Positions 61,793 through 64,000 of a stretch of DNA of 64,000 nt are shown piece after piece. The DNA is from Macrostomum lignano (Eukaryota): assembly GCA_002269645.1 (NCBI GenBank), contig NIVC01001401.1:72971-136970 (forward strand), given 5' to 3'. Position numbers and translations under genes: made by a program. The notes below the pieces were generated by a model. That model had not been told where the DNA came from, did no database searches, and worked only from the letters and a program-made list of their open reading frames with translations. The first letter of the stretch is position 1. Each line of letters starts with the position of its first letter.

Positions 61793-64000
61793 TTACACAT
61801 GTTAATGTGATCTTACATTTTGTCCAACAACTGAATTCTATCTACGAGCTAATACCAAAAAAGCAGCACCTGTCACGCACAGTACAAGAACCGCACCAGA
61901 TGTGACCAGCTAGCATTCTAGGCACAGTAATAAAACTTCTCCTCAGCCTCATCCCCAACGCCAACGCCATTCGACATGCGGCATTTTTGCCCCCCCATAC
62001 TCGCTTGGCCATCCATCACACTATTTTCTAAGTCACTTTCTCTCAGCTGTCTGCCTCACTCTCCCTCGAAACGCCTCCCACCCGCCGTTATCTGGCCTTT
62101 TGATCGGGTCAGTGCTCTCAGGCATCCTCACCCTCTCTTTACTCCCCCCTCCTCCCCATTTTGCATCCATTTTGTTCCCGTGGCCAGCCAGCCGTCTATG
62201 AGACAGCAGAGGCCGCATTAGGGTGAGAAAGAGCGAGTGAGAGAGACGGGGTTAAGACTCGGAATTGGAAATATGCTTTTTTTCTCCATCTGCTTTGCTC
62301 ATCTCTCTCCCCTTCTCTACTTTTAGCTATCTCTGACGAATAATTTATGCCAGTCGCAAACTCGAAGCCTGGCTATACAGGCTAGAAGTAAGAATACCGC
62401 TGCTGCAGCCACTCTCTCTCTCCTGGAGCCTACCAGAGAAAGTGGTAGAGTGAGAGGCAGAAAGGGAAAACTGCTCTGGATGGAATGCTTCTCTGGTTGG
62501 AATGTAAATTTCTCTCTCTCTCTCTCTACATCTATCTATCTATCTCCTTTTTCCGCCAGATGAGAATTGTCATGGACCGTCGGGAACGGCCGTCGGTCAT
62601 TCTGCGGCAACCCCCCCCTCCCCGATCCCCTCTTCCTTCATCGAAACTCGAATAAGAGAGGACAGCTCGCTAGGATGAAGGGCCCCTTGGGGGCGCGATG
62701 CTGGACAGAGGAGGCTGGGGATGCAGGGCGCTGCCAGCGGGTTATCATCAGCTCATTAGGGGTTGGCTAGCGATGGGGAGCAGAGAGTGTAAGCCAAGGC
62801 AAGTGGGAGATAACTGCCAGACTGCTGCACCAGGCCAACCCCGCAAAAAATTGCAAATTCAATTACCGGGGATCAGAATTAACATGAATCTACTTTTTTA
62901 TTCGCCTTCTCGTTTCTATACTCTATATATATATATATGCCCAGCCTTCCCGCGACAGACTGGGGATACGGGAGGGCTTGGGGTGCAGGGCGCTTTGAAG
63001 AAGACGAACAAACCGTTTCTGCATTCTGCTCCTTATTCCAAGAGGCATTAAAGCGAATTCGCTGGGGACTTGGGTCCGAGTTTTATAGAAATGAGTTGAG
63101 CCGAACAGCGAGAGGGTGAAATGCAGCCATAACACAGAAATCATAATCAATATCTCGGCTAATGCTGAGAGCTGGCTCAGCCCAGAGTTTCCCAGCAAAA
63201 CAAAAGCTGATAATTGAGGCGAGGGACAAGCAAGACAGTAAATTACCCTGACAGGTGGCTAGCGTTTGACCGCGCGAGTCGAAGCCCTCACCTAGAAGGC
63301 CCCGATTCCTTTCTCGGCAACCAGAATAGGATGGGCACGAAGAGCGAGGCTGCAGGAATCCGCAAAGCTAACAAAATCTTCTTTGTTCAAACCGTATAGA
63401 AAAAATAGCGGCTAAGATGGTGGCTGATGATAAAATGCGTAATTGGCTGTGTAACTGGCACCGGCCGGGATGCGCCTCTCGGAAAGAAGAACTTGAGTCC
63501 CGAGCCCCTCCATCCTGACAACAGCTTGGCAACCGCGGTCAGACTTTGTGATTCTTAGCCTCTCGGAATCTTTCCGCTTTCTCCAAAACAGCAATGGGCG
63601 AAGGTGCGAGGCCAGAGAGATCCCAATCGGGGATGAAATTCCCAGCGGGTTTTTTGCGATTCTCTTTTTTGTTATTTCAAAAAGGGCGTCGCAGTGGTCG
63701 CTTCGACAACCCCCCCCCCCGACGCTCCTTCTTTTCTCCGCCGTTCCCGCGGTGACAGTGAAATCGGATGAGCAGCGCCAGATGCTGGACTCCGATATAT
63801 TCTCCGACCCCGCTTGTTCAACGAAGTGGCGGCGGCCGGAGAATCCCCTGGCGACCGCGGGGCGGCGAACCCGCGCCGGCGCGCCCCCATCTTTCTCGGT
63901 GTCCCTCCTCGTTCGTTCTAACTCCCACTCCAAACATTCGAGCTTCGAGTTTCAACCGTTTAGCAGCTCGTGTTTGTCCCAGCCTGAACCTTTTTGCTAA

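Noticed and set aside
60380-63850. Near-matches to the COE site TCCCNNGGGA (e.g. ~60522, ~62683, ~63844) suggesting autoregulation
   Set aside because: All carry mismatches and their number is not clearly above chance without a motif scan or ChIP data.
63412-64000. Overlapping ORFs of 150-173 aa at the window end
   Set aside because: GC-rich, no domain or exon chain recognised; more consistent with intronic or regulatory sequence of coe.

Overview
Eukaryotic (invertebrate animal) genomic DNA, not prokaryotic. GC-rich exons with poly-Q/H/A tracts are separated by introns and spacers that each carry their own minisatellite (about 40 arrays, roughly 24 kb by hand estimate). This style suggests a free-living flatworm such as Macrostomum, which is an inference only. 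By reading splice sites and checking exon phases by hand I reconstructed five genes: a DMRT transcription factor with two DM domains (-, 5' end unresolved), a membrane-anchored LMTK/AATK-like tyrosine kinase with a substituted catalytic lysine (-), ceramide kinase (+), a two-pore-domain K+ channel with an unusually long M1-P1 extracellular region (-), and the 3' part of a COE/EBF (collier) gene (-, 5' exons outside the window). There is also a probable uncharacterised gene, a small spliced sORF candidate, two tRNA-derived SINE-like heads and a 58-bp hAT-type MITE. The most striking observation is a tandem repeat built from a coe splice acceptor plus HLH helix-1 exon sequence. It triplicates that acceptor inside coe and reappears as a 4-copy array about 15 kb away in the first intron of the K+ channel gene. 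Most long ORFs in the supplied track are translations of repeats.
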